Under the pieces are notes generated by a model. The model saw only the letters and a list, made by a program, of their open reading frames with translations. It did not search any database and was not told where the DNA came from. This document shows, one piece after another, positions 10,727-20,706 of a stretch of DNA of 56,722 nt (positions within the stretch are counted from its first letter, which is position 1; each line of letters starts with the position of its first letter). The stretch comes from a virus (lineage: Duplodnaviria; Caudoviricetes), in IMG/VR virus record IMGVR_UViG_3300031519_010435, positions 1 to 56,722 of that record. One strand, written 5' to 3'. A program made the position numbers and the translations under genes.

Positions 10727-11753
10727 TACTAATATAGAAGAAGTTCTCACATCTCTTGGTTATAAATTAACTGATAGAGGTTCTTATTGGCAAACTTCTG
10801 CCGTTTTTAGAGACGGAAATAATAATACAGCAATTCAAATATATAAAGATAGTGGAGTTTGGAAAGATTATGTTCAGCAAACTCCATATATGACCTTTGA
10901 TAAACTTTTAAAGGTGACATTAAAAACAAATGATGAAGAAGTCATAGGAAAGTATATAAAAGAGAAAGATCCTTTTGAATTTACTAACTTAAAATCTACC
11001 GAAAAGATAACTATGGAAAAAACATACCCAGAAAGCTGTCTAGATAGGCTCCTACCTCATTACAAGTTCTACAATGATAGGGGGATTAGTACATCAATCT
11101 TAAAGCTTTTTAATTGCGGCTATGCAACAGAAGGGAAAATGCTCAAAAGGTTTGTTTTTCCAGTGTATAATCTAGACAACCAAATTAATGGTTTTTCGGG
11201 TAGAGATATGACAAACTCTTCAGAAAGGCCAAAATGGAAACATATAGGAGTTAAATCAAAATGGATTTACCCTTATAAATTATCAAGAAAAAGTATAGAA
11301 TCTAAAAAAGAACTTTTCTTCGTAGAGAGTATAGGAGATGTTTTAAATCTATTTGAAAATGGGCATGAAAATGTTTTATGCACTTTTGGTTTAGAAATTT
11401 CACCTTCTTTAATATCTTATACAGTAGGATTGAATCCAAGTAAAATTTATATTTGCTTTAATAATGACTCTGAGTCGAAAAATAATGCTGGCTTCACTTC
11501 AGCTTTAAAAAATTTCGTAAAATTACAATCTTTTTTTGATAATGAAAAACTATTTATACATCTTCCAACGAAAAATGATTTCGGAGATATGAATTCGGAT
11601 TCTATTTCTTCTTGGTATGAGGATAGATTAAACATAGAAAAATCGTCTCATGATTTTAATATAATCAAAGACATTTCAAAATTACTGGATAAAAATTCTT
11701 ACCCAGAAACCTTCTTGAAAAAATTTAATAAATTTAAAAAAAATTATGGGTGA
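10719..11753 (+). CDS. dnaG: DnaG-like primase (TOPRIM)
   Basis: RGI, RFVFPV...GFSGR, KWKH, FVESIGD and TFG motifs; lies directly after the helicase. Confidence 0.78.
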   Translation: MDNTNIEEVLTSLGYKLTDRGSYWQTSAVFRDGNNNTAIQIYKDSGVWKDYVQQTPYMTFDKLLKVTLKTNDEEVIGKYIKEKDPFEFTNLKSTEKITMEKTYPESCLDRLLPHYKFYNDRGISTSILKLFNCGYATEGKMLKRFVFPVYNLDNQINGFSGRDMTNSSERPKWKHIGVKSKWIYPYKLSRKSIESKKELFFVESIGDVLNLFENGHENVLCTFGLEISPSLISYTVGLNPSKIYICFNNDSESKNNAGFTSALKNFVKLQSFFDNEKLFIHLPTKNDFGDMNSDSISSWYEDRLNIEKSSHDFNIIKDISKLLDKNSYPETFLKKFNKFKKNYG

Positions 11754-12813
11754 TCTATTTCTTTCTGCCAGTAAAATAAAACAAGCTCAAAGTTGCAGCT
11801 GGAAATATTGGTGTTCATACGAGTTAAAACTTCCGCAAAAGGGTAATGACGGATCAAGTAGAGGTTCAGTTTGTCATTTAATTTACGAACTCCTTGGTCA
11901 AGAAAAACATCAGAATCATTACAATAAAATTATAACTTCTGGGACGATAAATAGCTCTAAATCAGTGTTAAGATTAGTTAAATATCATGCATCTAAATTA
12001 AATGTTGCTGATGAAGAAAATATGGAAATGATCGATATGATGATCGTTAAAGGATTACTTTATGATTTTTTTGGAGACTCTAAAATTAAGCCTACTGCAG
12101 ATATTTCAGAAAAAGATTTCAATTTAAAAATTAATGAGGATGGAAAGAGTTATAAAATAAGAGGTTTTATAGATAAACTTTTCCTATATTCAAATGAAAA
12201 AAAAGCCTTAATCAGGGATTTTAAAACAAGCAAACAAGTTTATAAGGGAAAAGAAATATCAGATAACCTTCAAAATTTAATGTATTGCCTTGCTGTCAAG
12301 AAACTTTACCCCGAATATTCTAATATTTCTGTTGAGTTCGTATTTGTTAAGTTTGATTTGACTGAAGATTTACTTGGTAATCCTGGAAAGGGGGTATTAA
12401 AAATGGAAGAAATTTCACAGGATGAAATAGAAGGATTCGAATATCAATTAACATCTATTCAAAACTATTTAGAAAATTTTGATGAAAACGAAGCCTCTTC
12501 AAATTTTGCAGCTGACCAAAATTACCCTTCGGATGGCACTTTTGGAGGGCCGCTTATGTGTGGCAAGCAAGGGTTTAAGAAATCAAAAGGAGTTTTAGTT
12601 GAAGATTCTAACGGTGATCCAATTCCTAATTTTATATGCGAACACAGGAACCCTTTTGAGTACTATGCTCTCTATGATGATTCTAATGAGCTTGTAAAAT
12701 GTTATTCTACAGAGAAAGAAGTTCCTGAATTAAAAAAAGGTTTTAAAGTTAAGAAAAAACAATACAACGGATGCCCTCATTTTCAACAAAAAGATTCTGC
12801 ATTTTTAGTGTAA
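11746..12813 (+). CDS. PD-(D/E)xK nuclease (RecB/Cas4-like exonuclease)
   Basis: LSASKI..C, RGSVCH, RGFIDKL...IRDFKTSK, QNLMY and C-terminal Cys residues. Confidence 0.8.
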   Translation: MGDLFLSASKIKQAQSCSWKYWCSYELKLPQKGNDGSSRGSVCHLIYELLGQEKHQNHYNKIITSGTINSSKSVLRLVKYHASKLNVADEENMEMIDMMIVKGLLYDFFGDSKIKPTADISEKDFNLKINEDGKSYKIRGFIDKLFLYSNEKKALIRDFKTSKQVYKGKEISDNLQNLMYCLAVKKLYPEYSNISVEFVFVKFDLTEDLLGNPGKGVLKMEEISQDEIEGFEYQLTSIQNYLENFDENEASSNFAADQNYPSDGTFGGPLMCGKQGFKKSKGVLVEDSNGDPIPNFICEHRNPFEYYALYDDSNELVKCYSTEKEVPELKKGFKVKKKQYNGCPHFQQKDSAFLV

Positions 12814-12821
12814 TACATTAT

Positions 12822-12941
12822 ATGTCTGTTCATAAAAAATTAGATCCTGTTTCAGGAAAATACAAATTATTTTTCATAAAAGGTAATTTGCTTTTGAAAA
12901 AAACTGTTAATAAAATTAGTTTTTTTGTAAAAGAAGCTTAA
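12822..12941 (+). CDS. small hypothetical protein (39 aa)
   Basis: Not in the ORF track. MSVHKKLDPVSGKYKLFFIK... follows GTGTAATACATTAT and ends next to the convergent gene's stop. Confidence 0.45.
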   Translation: MSVHKKLDPVSGKYKLFFIKGNLLLKKTVNKISFFVKEA

Positions 12942-14081
12942 TTAAACATTTCCCCCAGGACCACTCTTCCCCCTCAAGGGTAGGCTATTAACGCCGCATG
13001 TTGGAATATTAGAGCTTTTCCTGCCGTCAGGAGTCGTACCTTTTAGAGTATTAATCTTGTTTTTGGGAAAATAAGTATAGTTATGCGTAGTTTCTTCTAA
13101 TAACTTTTGTACATTTCCTGCCGTACTTAAATTTGCATCGCCTACTTCACATTCATATGTGCCAACTTCATTTTTAGTATACTTGCTAGAATGGTCATAA
13201 CTGACACTAAAATGCGGTTCTCCTATACAAAATGAACCATTTTTATTCTTTCTTTCTGGAGGCATCATCATTTTAGCATGACATTGTTTAGGAGGCTTTA
13301 TCCCTTGCACAACATTTAATGGCGCAGTAGTTTCTTCTAAAGGGTAAGTATAATAAATACCCTTAATCCTACTTCCTTCAATTGAAAACTCAAAACCACT
13401 CTTGGGAACTAAATAACCAGTTCTTGTATATTCGTAGTAATCTATATTATTAAATTCATTACCATTTTCATCCATGTGGCTAACCCCAAAATCAAATAAC
13501 ATATTAGCTTCAAATTTATCTATCCTACTATCATATCCAGATCTTCCATAAAAATAATCAGCCACTCCAGAATCTAAAGTTATAACAAAAGCTCCAGTAT
13601 TGTCAGGCTGTATGGTTAACGGAATATAAAAATCAGGATCATCAGTTAAAAATAAAGATGTTAACTGATCGCCCGACCCTACAATCAAACCACTAGCATC
13701 TAAATTTTGTATTTGAGATCCTCCTGTGATTTCTCTGTACATTCTTTCTTCAGGTAAATACTCTCCGCTATCATAAGAATTTAAAACTTCATACTCTACA
13801 GAGACAATATGCCCTGTTCCTGGTGTTCCATCTGGATTATAGGCGAACCCAGACTCGTAAATAGCTGGGGTGGCATCTGTTCTTATTATAAAATCAACTT
13901 CTACAGCGGCTAAATTCCAAAAACTATTAGATGAGACTTCTCTATTTAACAATCCAGTAGTTAATCCTGTCTCCATATTTAAAAAACTGGGTTTAGGAAC
14001 TAAAGAAAAAGGAAACCCATTAAACATACCTATAGATGTAAATTTATCTGAGTTATAAAAGTATTCTTCTGTATAAGCCAT
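12942..14081 (-). CDS. hypothetical protein, possibly virion-associated
   Basis: 379 aa, rich in Ser-Gly and Tyr, begins MAY, preceded by the GTGTA motif. Confidence 0.7.
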   Translation of the reverse strand: MAYTEEYFYNSDKFTSIGMFNGFPFSLVPKPSFLNMETGLTTGLLNREVSSNSFWNLAAVEVDFIIRTDATPAIYESGFAYNPDGTPGTGHIVSVEYEVLNSYDSGEYLPEERMYREITGGSQIQNLDASGLIVGSGDQLTSLFLTDDPDFYIPLTIQPDNTGAFVITLDSGVADYFYGRSGYDSRIDKFEANMLFDFGVSHMDENGNEFNNIDYYEYTRTGYLVPKSGFEFSIEGSRIKGIYYTYPLEETTAPLNVVQGIKPPKQCHAKMMMPPERKNKNGSFCIGEPHFSVSYDHSSKYTKNEVGTYECEVGDANLSTAGNVQKLLEETTHNYTYFPKNKINTLKGTTPDGRKSSNIPTCGVNSLPLRGKSGPGGNV

Positions 14082-14125
14082 GTAAATATAATTACACTTA
14101 AAAGATCTACGTGTATATATTATAT
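14082..14125. promoter_or_regulatory. back-to-back GTGTA-type putative phage promoters
   Basis: Minus strand GTGTAATTATATTTAC-ATG (14097->14081); plus strand GTGTATATATTATAT-ATG (14111->14126). Confidence 0.5.
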
Positions 14126-15547
14126 ATGAAAGTCTTAAATATTCTATTGCTTATATCTGCACTAGCTTTATCTTCTGTTGCTGCCTTCTTCAGTATTATA
14201 GGGATATCTATAATGTTCCCAGGAGCCGTCATGTCTGTCGTGGTAATGGCTGTCGCACTTGAGGTTGCCAAGATAGTCAGTGCTGTTTGGACACATAAAA
14301 ACTGGCACAATGTTTCTTTATTTTCGAAAAGTTATCTATCTTTTGCCATACTAGTTTTAATGCTTATTACTAGTATGGGCATTTTTGGCTTTTTAAGTAA
14401 AGCCCACATTGAACACCAAAGCATTTCTCAATCAAATGCAATGGAGATGAGTCAAATAGAGTCAAAAATACAGAGAGAGCAAGAATCAATATCGAGAAAT
14501 AATGATTTAATTTTAAAAATTGAAAAATCTTTTGACTCAAAAGAAGATAAAGACCAAGATAACATAAAATTAAATAATGAAAAGATAAGCTCCATCTACG
14601 ATAGAATGGAGAAAGATATTAAGATAGATAATGAAGGTATTTCTTTCTTAAAGTCTAGACTTTCAGAGCTAGAGTCTCAACTTAATGTCGTTAGATCGGA
14701 AAAAGGAGGTCTTTTTTCAAATGTTGGAAAAAAAATAAAAGAGTTAGAAATTTCTCAAGCTGATGAGAGAGAGAGTATACAGGGAAAAATTAATTCTTAT
14801 ACTGAAAATATATCTTATTTTAGAAAAAAAGCTGAAGGCGAAGTTGATTCTCTAAGGAGTCAAATTGAAAATTATCAAAATAAAGAATACAATGAAACTG
14901 GATCTAATCTAGGAGAAACCCAAAGTTATAAGAAATTAATTTCAACTTCCTACGAAATTATAGATCAATTAAATTTAAAAAAGTTTGAGTTATCTAATCA
15001 AAACTTAAGTCTTGAAACTGAAGTTGGGCCTGTAAAATATATAGCAGAACTTATAGCAGATACAACTGGTTCAGAAGTTGACCTTGAAGATGCGGTAAGA
15101 ATTATAATTGTAGTTATAATTTTCGTTTTCGATCCTTTGGCGATTATGATGATAGTTTGTGCTACATCTGGATTTTTCACCTTGCCAATTACAAAAAAAA
15201 AGATAGATCCTCCTTCTGACCCCGAACCAGACCCTCCTTCTGACCCTAAGCCAGACCCTAAGCCAGACCCTAAGCCAGACCCTAAGCCAGACCCTAAGCC
15301 AGACCCTAAGCCAGACCCTAAGCCAGACCCTAAGCCAGACCCTAAGCCCAAGAAAGAAGAGGTTCCTCCGCCCCCTCCTCCATACAATAGAGAGGGCAAC
15401 CCTCCTAAAGAAAAACATCTAAATGCAATCAAGATCGTAAAATCTACTCCAATCATTCCAATCATTCATCAAAAAGAAAATAAAGATAGACCAAAATACG
15501 ACAAGCTAGGAAACGAATATAAATATAAAAAGCATAATATCACTTGA
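14126..15547 (+). CDS. membrane-anchored coiled-coil protein with DPKP repeat tail
   Basis: About 3 N-terminal TM segments, GIFGFLSKAH, a long coiled coil, EVGPVKYIAE, a TM ending FVFDPLA and a Pro-rich tail. Start moved to ATG 14126. Confidence 0.8.
   Translation: MKVLNILLLISALALSSVAAFFSIIGISIMFPGAVMSVVVMAVALEVAKIVSAVWTHKNWHNVSLFSKSYLSFAILVLMLITSMGIFGFLSKAHIEHQSISQSNAMEMSQIESKIQREQESISRNNDLILKIEKSFDSKEDKDQDNIKLNNEKISSIYDRMEKDIKIDNEGISFLKSRLSELESQLNVVRSEKGGLFSNVGKKIKELEISQADERESIQGKINSYTENISYFRKKAEGEVDSLRSQIENYQNKEYNETGSNLGETQSYKKLISTSYEIIDQLNLKKFELSNQNLSLETEVGPVKYIAELIADTTGSEVDLEDAVRIIIVVIIFVFDPLAIMMIVCATSGFFTLPITKKKIDPPSDPEPDPPSDPKPDPKPDPKPDPKPDPKPDPKPDPKPDPKPDPKPKKEEVPPPPPPYNREGNPPKEKHLNAIKIVKSTPIIPIIHQKENKDRPKYDKLGNEYKYKKHNIT
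15242..15348 (+). repeat. 12-bp tandem repeat GACCCTAAGCCA, about 9 copies (DPKP)
   Basis: 8 perfect units plus a near-complete ninth, read directly from the sequence. Confidence 0.95.
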
Positions 15548-15573
15548 TAAATTCCCCCCCTTCATGTTATATT
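15544..15573 (+). promoter_or_regulatory. sigma70-like promoter with extended -10, leaderless
   Basis: TTGATA(15544)-N18 (contains C7 and TG)-TATATT(15568), then 5 nt to ATG 15579. Confidence 0.5.
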
Positions 15574-15578
15574 CATGA

Positions 15579-16349
15579 ATGCTTCCATTTTTTAAATCAG
15601 ATTACTCTATAGGAAAAAGTATTTTAAATCTCAATCTTCCCAAAGAAGATAAAGATCCAGATTCTTCTGATAGTATTTTTGACATTGCCCTGGATCATGA
15701 TTTTAAAAGTTTAATACTCGTTGAGGACTCCTTATCAGGCTTCCTTCAAGCATTTAAAAATGCTCAATCTTTAGGTTTAAATCTTATCTTTGGGTTGAGA
15801 GTTACTATATGTAATGACTCATCAGTAGCCCCTAAGTTAGATAAAGGCGAAAGTGATAATAAAATAATAATCTTTGCCAAAAACAGTGCTGGATGTAAAT
15901 TATTGAATAAAATTTATAGCAAAGCTTTTACTGAAGGCTATGGTAGATTAGATTATAAAACATTAGCTAATTTATTTAGTAATGAGTTGGACTTAGTTAT
16001 TCCATTCTATGATTCTTTTATCTATAACAACACATTATATTTTAAGAGCTGTATTCCTGATTTTTCTTTTTGTGAGCCTAAGTTTGTAATAGAAAGTAAT
16101 AGTCTACCTTTCGATCACTTAATTGAGGATAAAGTGAGATCTTATTGTAAAGATAATAACTTAAACATTATTAAAGGAAAAAGTATTTATTATAAAAATA
16201 GATCTGATTTTGAATCATACCAATCTTACAAATGTATATGTAGCAGAAGTTTCTCCTCAAGATCAAGCACATTAGAAAAGCCCAATCTAGATCATTGTTC
16301 CAGCAGTGATTTCTCCTTTGAAAGTTACTTAGAAAATGAAGCATCTTAA
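15579..16349 (+). CDS. stand-alone PHP domain of DNA polymerase III alpha (N-terminal fragment)
   Basis: SDYSIGKS, IFGLRV and IIIFAKNSAGCKLLNKIYS match the DnaE PHP pattern; the metal-binding His residues are absent. Confidence 0.75.
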   Translation: MLPFFKSDYSIGKSILNLNLPKEDKDPDSSDSIFDIALDHDFKSLILVEDSLSGFLQAFKNAQSLGLNLIFGLRVTICNDSSVAPKLDKGESDNKIIIFAKNSAGCKLLNKIYSKAFTEGYGRLDYKTLANLFSNELDLVIPFYDSFIYNNTLYFKSCIPDFSFCEPKFVIESNSLPFDHLIEDKVRSYCKDNNLNIIKGKSIYYKNRSDFESYQSYKCICSRSFSSRSSTLEKPNLDHCSSSDFSFESYLENEAS

Positions 16350-17349
16350 ATATTCAGATATATCTTTAGTCCCAAATTATAGCGAGTGTCATAGTCGTAC
16401 TGATTGCGATACTCGTCTAGTTCTTTTTGGGAAAAAATTCAAATTACCTATTATTCCCTCAAATATGAAGTCTGTTATTGACTTAAATATTGCAAAATGG
16501 ATGAGTGAAAATGACTATTTCTATATTATGCACAGGTTTGATAGTCATCTAGCAGACAATGTTGGGTTAGCAAATTCAGAGGATTGGAAAACTATATCTT
16601 TTAGCATTGGGGTTAAATTAAAAGACAAACTTCATATAACAAATATTGGGAAAAACCCAAATCTAAGATTAGATTTTATAACAATTGATATTGCTCATGG
16701 TCATTGTAAGCGTATGCATATGATGATCAAGCATATAAAAAAGCATTTACCTAATACAAAAATCATTGCAGGTAATGTCGCTACTCCAGATGCGGTAGCC
16801 GACCTTTCTGCTTGGGGAGCTGACATCATTAAGGTTGGAATAGGTCAAGGAAGCCCTTGTACGACAAAAGACAAAACAGGCTTCACAGTACCTATGTTTA
16901 CTTGTGTCAAAAAATGTGCAAATGTTTCTTTTAATCTAGAAGATGGATTTATGATTTCAGACGCATCTTTATCTAAAGACTTTGATATACCTCAAAAAAT
17001 ACCAATTATAGCGGATGGAGGTATCAAAAATAATGGTGATATTGCAAAAGCTATGGTTGCTGGAGCTAGTGCGGTTATGGCTGGAGGAATATTCGCAGCT
17101 TGTAAGGATAGCCCAGCAGTCACTAATACCATTAACGATGTTACTCATAAAGCATACTTTGGCTCTGCTAGTGCAGAAAACAAAGGTCATAATAATAATA
17201 TAGAGGGTAAACTTACTAACATTTCTTGCAATAATATGAGCCTCGAAGAAAAGCTCGAAGAGATAAAACAAGACATTCAAAGCTCCATCAGTTATTCTGG
17301 AGGTGGAACTCTTGATTCTTTTACAAATGTTGATTATATTAAAGTATGA
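16336..17349 (+). CDS. guaC: GMP reductase
   Basis: YSDISLVP, PSNM, IDIAHGH, IAGNV, KVGIGQGSPCTT, IIADGG, YFGSAS and NIEGK; no CBS domains. Confidence 0.85.
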   Translation: MKHLKYSDISLVPNYSECHSRTDCDTRLVLFGKKFKLPIIPSNMKSVIDLNIAKWMSENDYFYIMHRFDSHLADNVGLANSEDWKTISFSIGVKLKDKLHITNIGKNPNLRLDFITIDIAHGHCKRMHMMIKHIKKHLPNTKIIAGNVATPDAVADLSAWGADIIKVGIGQGSPCTTKDKTGFTVPMFTCVKKCANVSFNLEDGFMISDASLSKDFDIPQKIPIIADGGIKNNGDIAKAMVAGASAVMAGGIFAACKDSPAVTNTINDVTHKAYFGSASAENKGHNNNIEGKLTNISCNNMSLEEKLEEIKQDIQSSISYSGGGTLDSFTNVDYIKV

Positions 17350-17513
17350 ACAAGAAAAAAATATCAGAGATTAAAAAAGTAATTGATTATGATCCGACAG
17401 TACCAGAACACAAAAGAATACTAAGAAGGTTAAAGAAAGAATATCAAAAGCTACCCAAAGGTGCTAAAGTTAATTTGATACAAGATCTAAAAAAAACTTT
17501 TAAAAAAGAATGA
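17346..17513 (+). CDS. small basic hypothetical protein (55 aa)
   Basis: Not in the ORF track; ATGA overlaps with both neighbours (MNKKKISEIKKVIDYD...). Confidence 0.6.
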   Translation: MNKKKISEIKKVIDYDPTVPEHKRILRRLKKEYQKLPKGAKVNLIQDLKKTFKKE

Positions 17514-18151
17514 ACGAAAATTTATTGAGATTTAATAAAAAGCAAAAGTATTTAGTCTTTGATTTTGAGACATGCAGTTTAAATCTAGAGTCTCCTAACA
17601 ATAAACCTTGGCAACTAGGCTTTATAACATGCGAAGGTAATTCAATTTTAGAAAAAAAAGATTTTTATATTTCTTGGGATGATTTAAATCTCTCAAAAGA
17701 TGCCGCAAGAATAACTGGATTTTCTAAATCAAAATACAATAAAGGTAAAAAAGACGCATCATTAATTCTTGAAGAATTTGAAAAATACCTTTATGACGAC
17801 GATTACCTCGTATTAGGCCATAATGTCTTAGGTTTTGATATTTATATCCATAATATTTATAGAAGGCTATTGAAAAAAAATACTAACTATAGTTATATTA
17901 ATAGAATAATAGATACTAATTGTTTAGCTAGATCTATTAAAAATAATATTCCATTTTCTAATAGTGGTAATTTTATTGATTGGCAGTACAAATTACTCCA
18001 CCACAGAACTAGAGGGGTGAAAACAAACCTAAAGCAATTATGTAAAGATTATGACATTGATTTTGACGAATCAAGACTTCATGAAGCTTTATATGATGTA
18101 GAAAAAACTTTTGATATATATAAAAAAATGTTATGGCAGATAGAGATATAG
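17510..18151 (+). CDS. DEDDh 3'-5' exonuclease (DnaQ/epsilon-like)
   Basis: ExoI FDFET, ExoII GHNVLGFD, ExoIII HEALYDV. Confidence 0.85.
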   Translation: MNENLLRFNKKQKYLVFDFETCSLNLESPNNKPWQLGFITCEGNSILEKKDFYISWDDLNLSKDAARITGFSKSKYNKGKKDASLILEEFEKYLYDDDYLVLGHNVLGFDIYIHNIYRRLLKKNTNYSYINRIIDTNCLARSIKNNIPFSNSGNFIDWQYKLLHHRTRGVKTNLKQLCKDYDIDFDESRLHEALYDVEKTFDIYKKMLWQIEI

Positions 18152-20706
18152 AAATCAATTTCTTAAAACAATTCTCAAGTTATGAAGATTGTTGCCCACC
18201 AGGGGTAAGACTTCCAAATCTAGAAATTGATGAGAAATATTATAAAAAATTAAAAATTTCCACAAGTTCATCGAATTTTGATTTCTTATCAAAACTTTGC
18301 GATTTCTCAATAAAATCTAAAGCTATAGGTGATTTTGATAACTATAAGGACTACCAAGATCGACTTACATACGAACTCGATATATTACAAGAGCTGGGTT
18401 TCATTGATTACATTTTATTAAATTGGGATGTTATAAATTTCTGCAAAGAGAATTCAATACCTACAGGGCCAGGAAGAGGTTCTGCGGCAGGCTCTTTAAT
18501 TCTTTATTTAATAGGAGTCACTAAAGTTGACCCTATAAAATTTGATTTATTTTTTGAAAGATTTGTATCGAAAAGTAGAGCTAAAGTCATAAGAAAGAAT
18601 AATATAAACTACCTAGACGGAAGCCTTCTAGCTGATATTGACAACGACATCGCTTATGAGCATCGCCAAAAAGTTATCGAATATATTGAGACTAAACATC
18701 CAGGTCGCACATCTAAGATATTAACATTAAATACTTTAAGTGGAAAACTTTGTGTAAAAGAATGCGGTAAAATTGCTGGAAATATGTCCGAGCAAGATGT
18801 GAATTTTGTTAGCGACATGATTCCCAAGAATTTCGGAATAGTAGCTAAACTAAAAGTCGCCTACGTCGAAAGCGAAGAATTTAAAAAATTCTGCGATGAT
18901 AATTCAAAAGTATACAAAATAGCTAGAAAGCTAGAAGGTTTAAAAAAGAACACTGGAGTTCATCCGTCTGGCATAGCCATATCTCATAGCAACATCACGG
19001 ACATATGCCCGATTCAAAAAACTAACGATGGATCTATAGTTACAGCTTATGATATGAACTGGGTCGCTGAGCTTATGGTTAAATTCGACATTCTTGGTCT
19101 TCGCACCCTATCAGCTATATATTCAACTTGTAAAAAAATAAATTTAAATCCAGAAGATATTGATCTTTCATCAAATAGAATATATAGTCATTTTAAGGAT
19201 TTAAGAACTCCTCATGGATTATTTCAAATTGAAGCTGACGCTAACTATATGGTTTGCAAAAAAATAAAACCAAAAAATTTAGAAGAATTAAGCGCTGTTA
19301 TAGCTATAGCTAGACCTGGAGCATTAGACTTCCTTGAGAGCTATCAAAAGTATGCCGAAACGGGCAATTTTCAAAGTGTTAACCCTTTCTTTGATGATGT
19401 ATTAGATTACACGGGAGGAATACCCTTATACCAAGAGCAATTGATGAAAATGGCGGTCAAGGTTGGTTTTACTCTAGACGAGGCCGAGCAACTAAGAAGA
19501 ATAGTCGGCAAGAAAAAAATAGAGCAAATGCCAGCGTGGAAGAAAAAAATTGAAGAAAAAATTAAAGAAAATAAACTAGACCCTGAAGTTGGAGATGTTT
19601 TATGGAAAGTTGCTGAAGATAGTGCTAATTACTCTTTTAATAAATCCCACTCAATATCTTATTCAATTCTTGCAGCTTGGACTTGTTATCTAAAATTTAA
19701 CCATCCTCAAGAATTTTTCCTTAGCTTGTTAAGGATGACTAAATACGAGCCGTCTGCCCAAGAAGAAATTAATAAAATATGCCAAGACTTGCCCTATTTC
19801 AATATAAAGCTTTTGTCTCCAGATTTAACTCTCTCTAATATGGATTTCTCTGTCCAGGGTAAAGATATTAGATTTGGCTTAAATAGCATCAAGGGTATAA
19901 GTGAAAAATCTTTAAGCGCTCTCAAAGAATTTAGAGACTCAGAAAAACCCAATAAGTATGATATATTTTTATCTGCCAAATCGGCAGGTTTAAACATTGG
20001 AGTTCTATCTGCATTAATACAAGCAGGAGCTTTATCTAGCTATAAAACCAACAGACCTAGGTTAGTCTTAGAAGCTCAAGTTTTCAATTTATTAACAGAT
20101 AGGGAAAAAAGAAATTTTATTTTACTTGGGGATCGTTATGAATATGATATATTAAATGCTGTACACGATGCTGTTACTAATAACATCGTCGGAGATGATA
20201 ACAGACCCATTATGCCAGAAAAAAGATTTAATACATTAAAGAAAAATTATTTGAATTACAAAAAAATATACGAAAAAAATAAAAGGTATGAAGATTTTGC
20301 CAACTGGTACTTCGAGAAGTCCCTATTAGGTTTTAGCTACAGCAAGGAATTAAGAGATTCCTTTAGTGGAGAAAATCAAAATTTACAAAACTCCTTACAT
20401 TTTGAATCTTCTGAATTAAATTCTAAATCAAAATACATTGCTGTCGTTGACGATGTCTTTTGCAGAAAAAGTAAAAACGGAAATGATTATATGAAACTTT
20501 CAGTTAGTGATGAATACGGTAGATATCATGCGATCATGGTTGACGGAAGAGATAAAAAACTTTCAAAATTTAAAAATAAATCTAAGATACCTGAAAAAAA
20601 TAACATAGTAGTTATTTTTGGTCAAAAGGGTGAAGACATACTCTTCCTTGAAGATTTATCTATTGTTGATGAGAAAATTTACATGAAACTTTCTGATTTA
20701 AGATAA
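18133..20706 (+). CDS. dnaE: DNA polymerase III alpha catalytic core lacking the PHP domain
   Basis: GPGRGSAAGS, catalytic DIDND, HPSG, KFDILGL, YQEQ, YSFNKSH and a C-terminal OB fold. Confidence 0.92.
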   Translation: MADRDIEINFLKQFSSYEDCCPPGVRLPNLEIDEKYYKKLKISTSSSNFDFLSKLCDFSIKSKAIGDFDNYKDYQDRLTYELDILQELGFIDYILLNWDVINFCKENSIPTGPGRGSAAGSLILYLIGVTKVDPIKFDLFFERFVSKSRAKVIRKNNINYLDGSLLADIDNDIAYEHRQKVIEYIETKHPGRTSKILTLNTLSGKLCVKECGKIAGNMSEQDVNFVSDMIPKNFGIVAKLKVAYVESEEFKKFCDDNSKVYKIARKLEGLKKNTGVHPSGIAISHSNITDICPIQKTNDGSIVTAYDMNWVAELMVKFDILGLRTLSAIYSTCKKINLNPEDIDLSSNRIYSHFKDLRTPHGLFQIEADANYMVCKKIKPKNLEELSAVIAIARPGALDFLESYQKYAETGNFQSVNPFFDDVLDYTGGIPLYQEQLMKMAVKVGFTLDEAEQLRRIVGKKKIEQMPAWKKKIEEKIKENKLDPEVGDVLWKVAEDSANYSFNKSHSISYSILAAWTCYLKFNHPQEFFLSLLRMTKYEPSAQEEINKICQDLPYFNIKLLSPDLTLSNMDFSVQGKDIRFGLNSIKGISEKSLSALKEFRDSEKPNKYDIFLSAKSAGLNIGVLSALIQAGALSSYKTNRPRLVLEAQVFNLLTDREKRNFILLGDRYEYDILNAVHDAVTNNIVGDDNRPIMPEKRFNTLKKNYLNYKKIYEKNKRYEDFANWYFEKSLLGFSYSKELRDSFSGENQNLQNSLHFESSELNSKSKYIAVVDDVFCRKSKNGNDYMKLSVSDEYGRYHAIMVDGRDKKLSKFKNKSKIPEKNNIVVIFGQKGEDILFLEDLSIVDEKIYMKLSDLR

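Noticed and set aside
11746-12813. Cas4-like nuclease as evidence of a CRISPR system
   Set aside because: No array or other cas genes; solo PD-(D/E)xK exonucleases are routine in phage replication modules
15242-15348. Tandem repeat as a possible CRISPR array
   Set aside because: 12-bp units with no spacers, in frame within a CDS, and no cas genes
14998-15465. Minus-strand ORFs with GSGL/LRVW repeats
   Set aside because: Antisense shadows of the DPKP tandem repeat
15579-20706. Split intein or intron rejoining PHP and DnaE
   Set aside because: No intein N-terminal or HN-C/S/T C-terminal motifs at the fragment ends; the intervening DNA is fully occupied by ordinary genes
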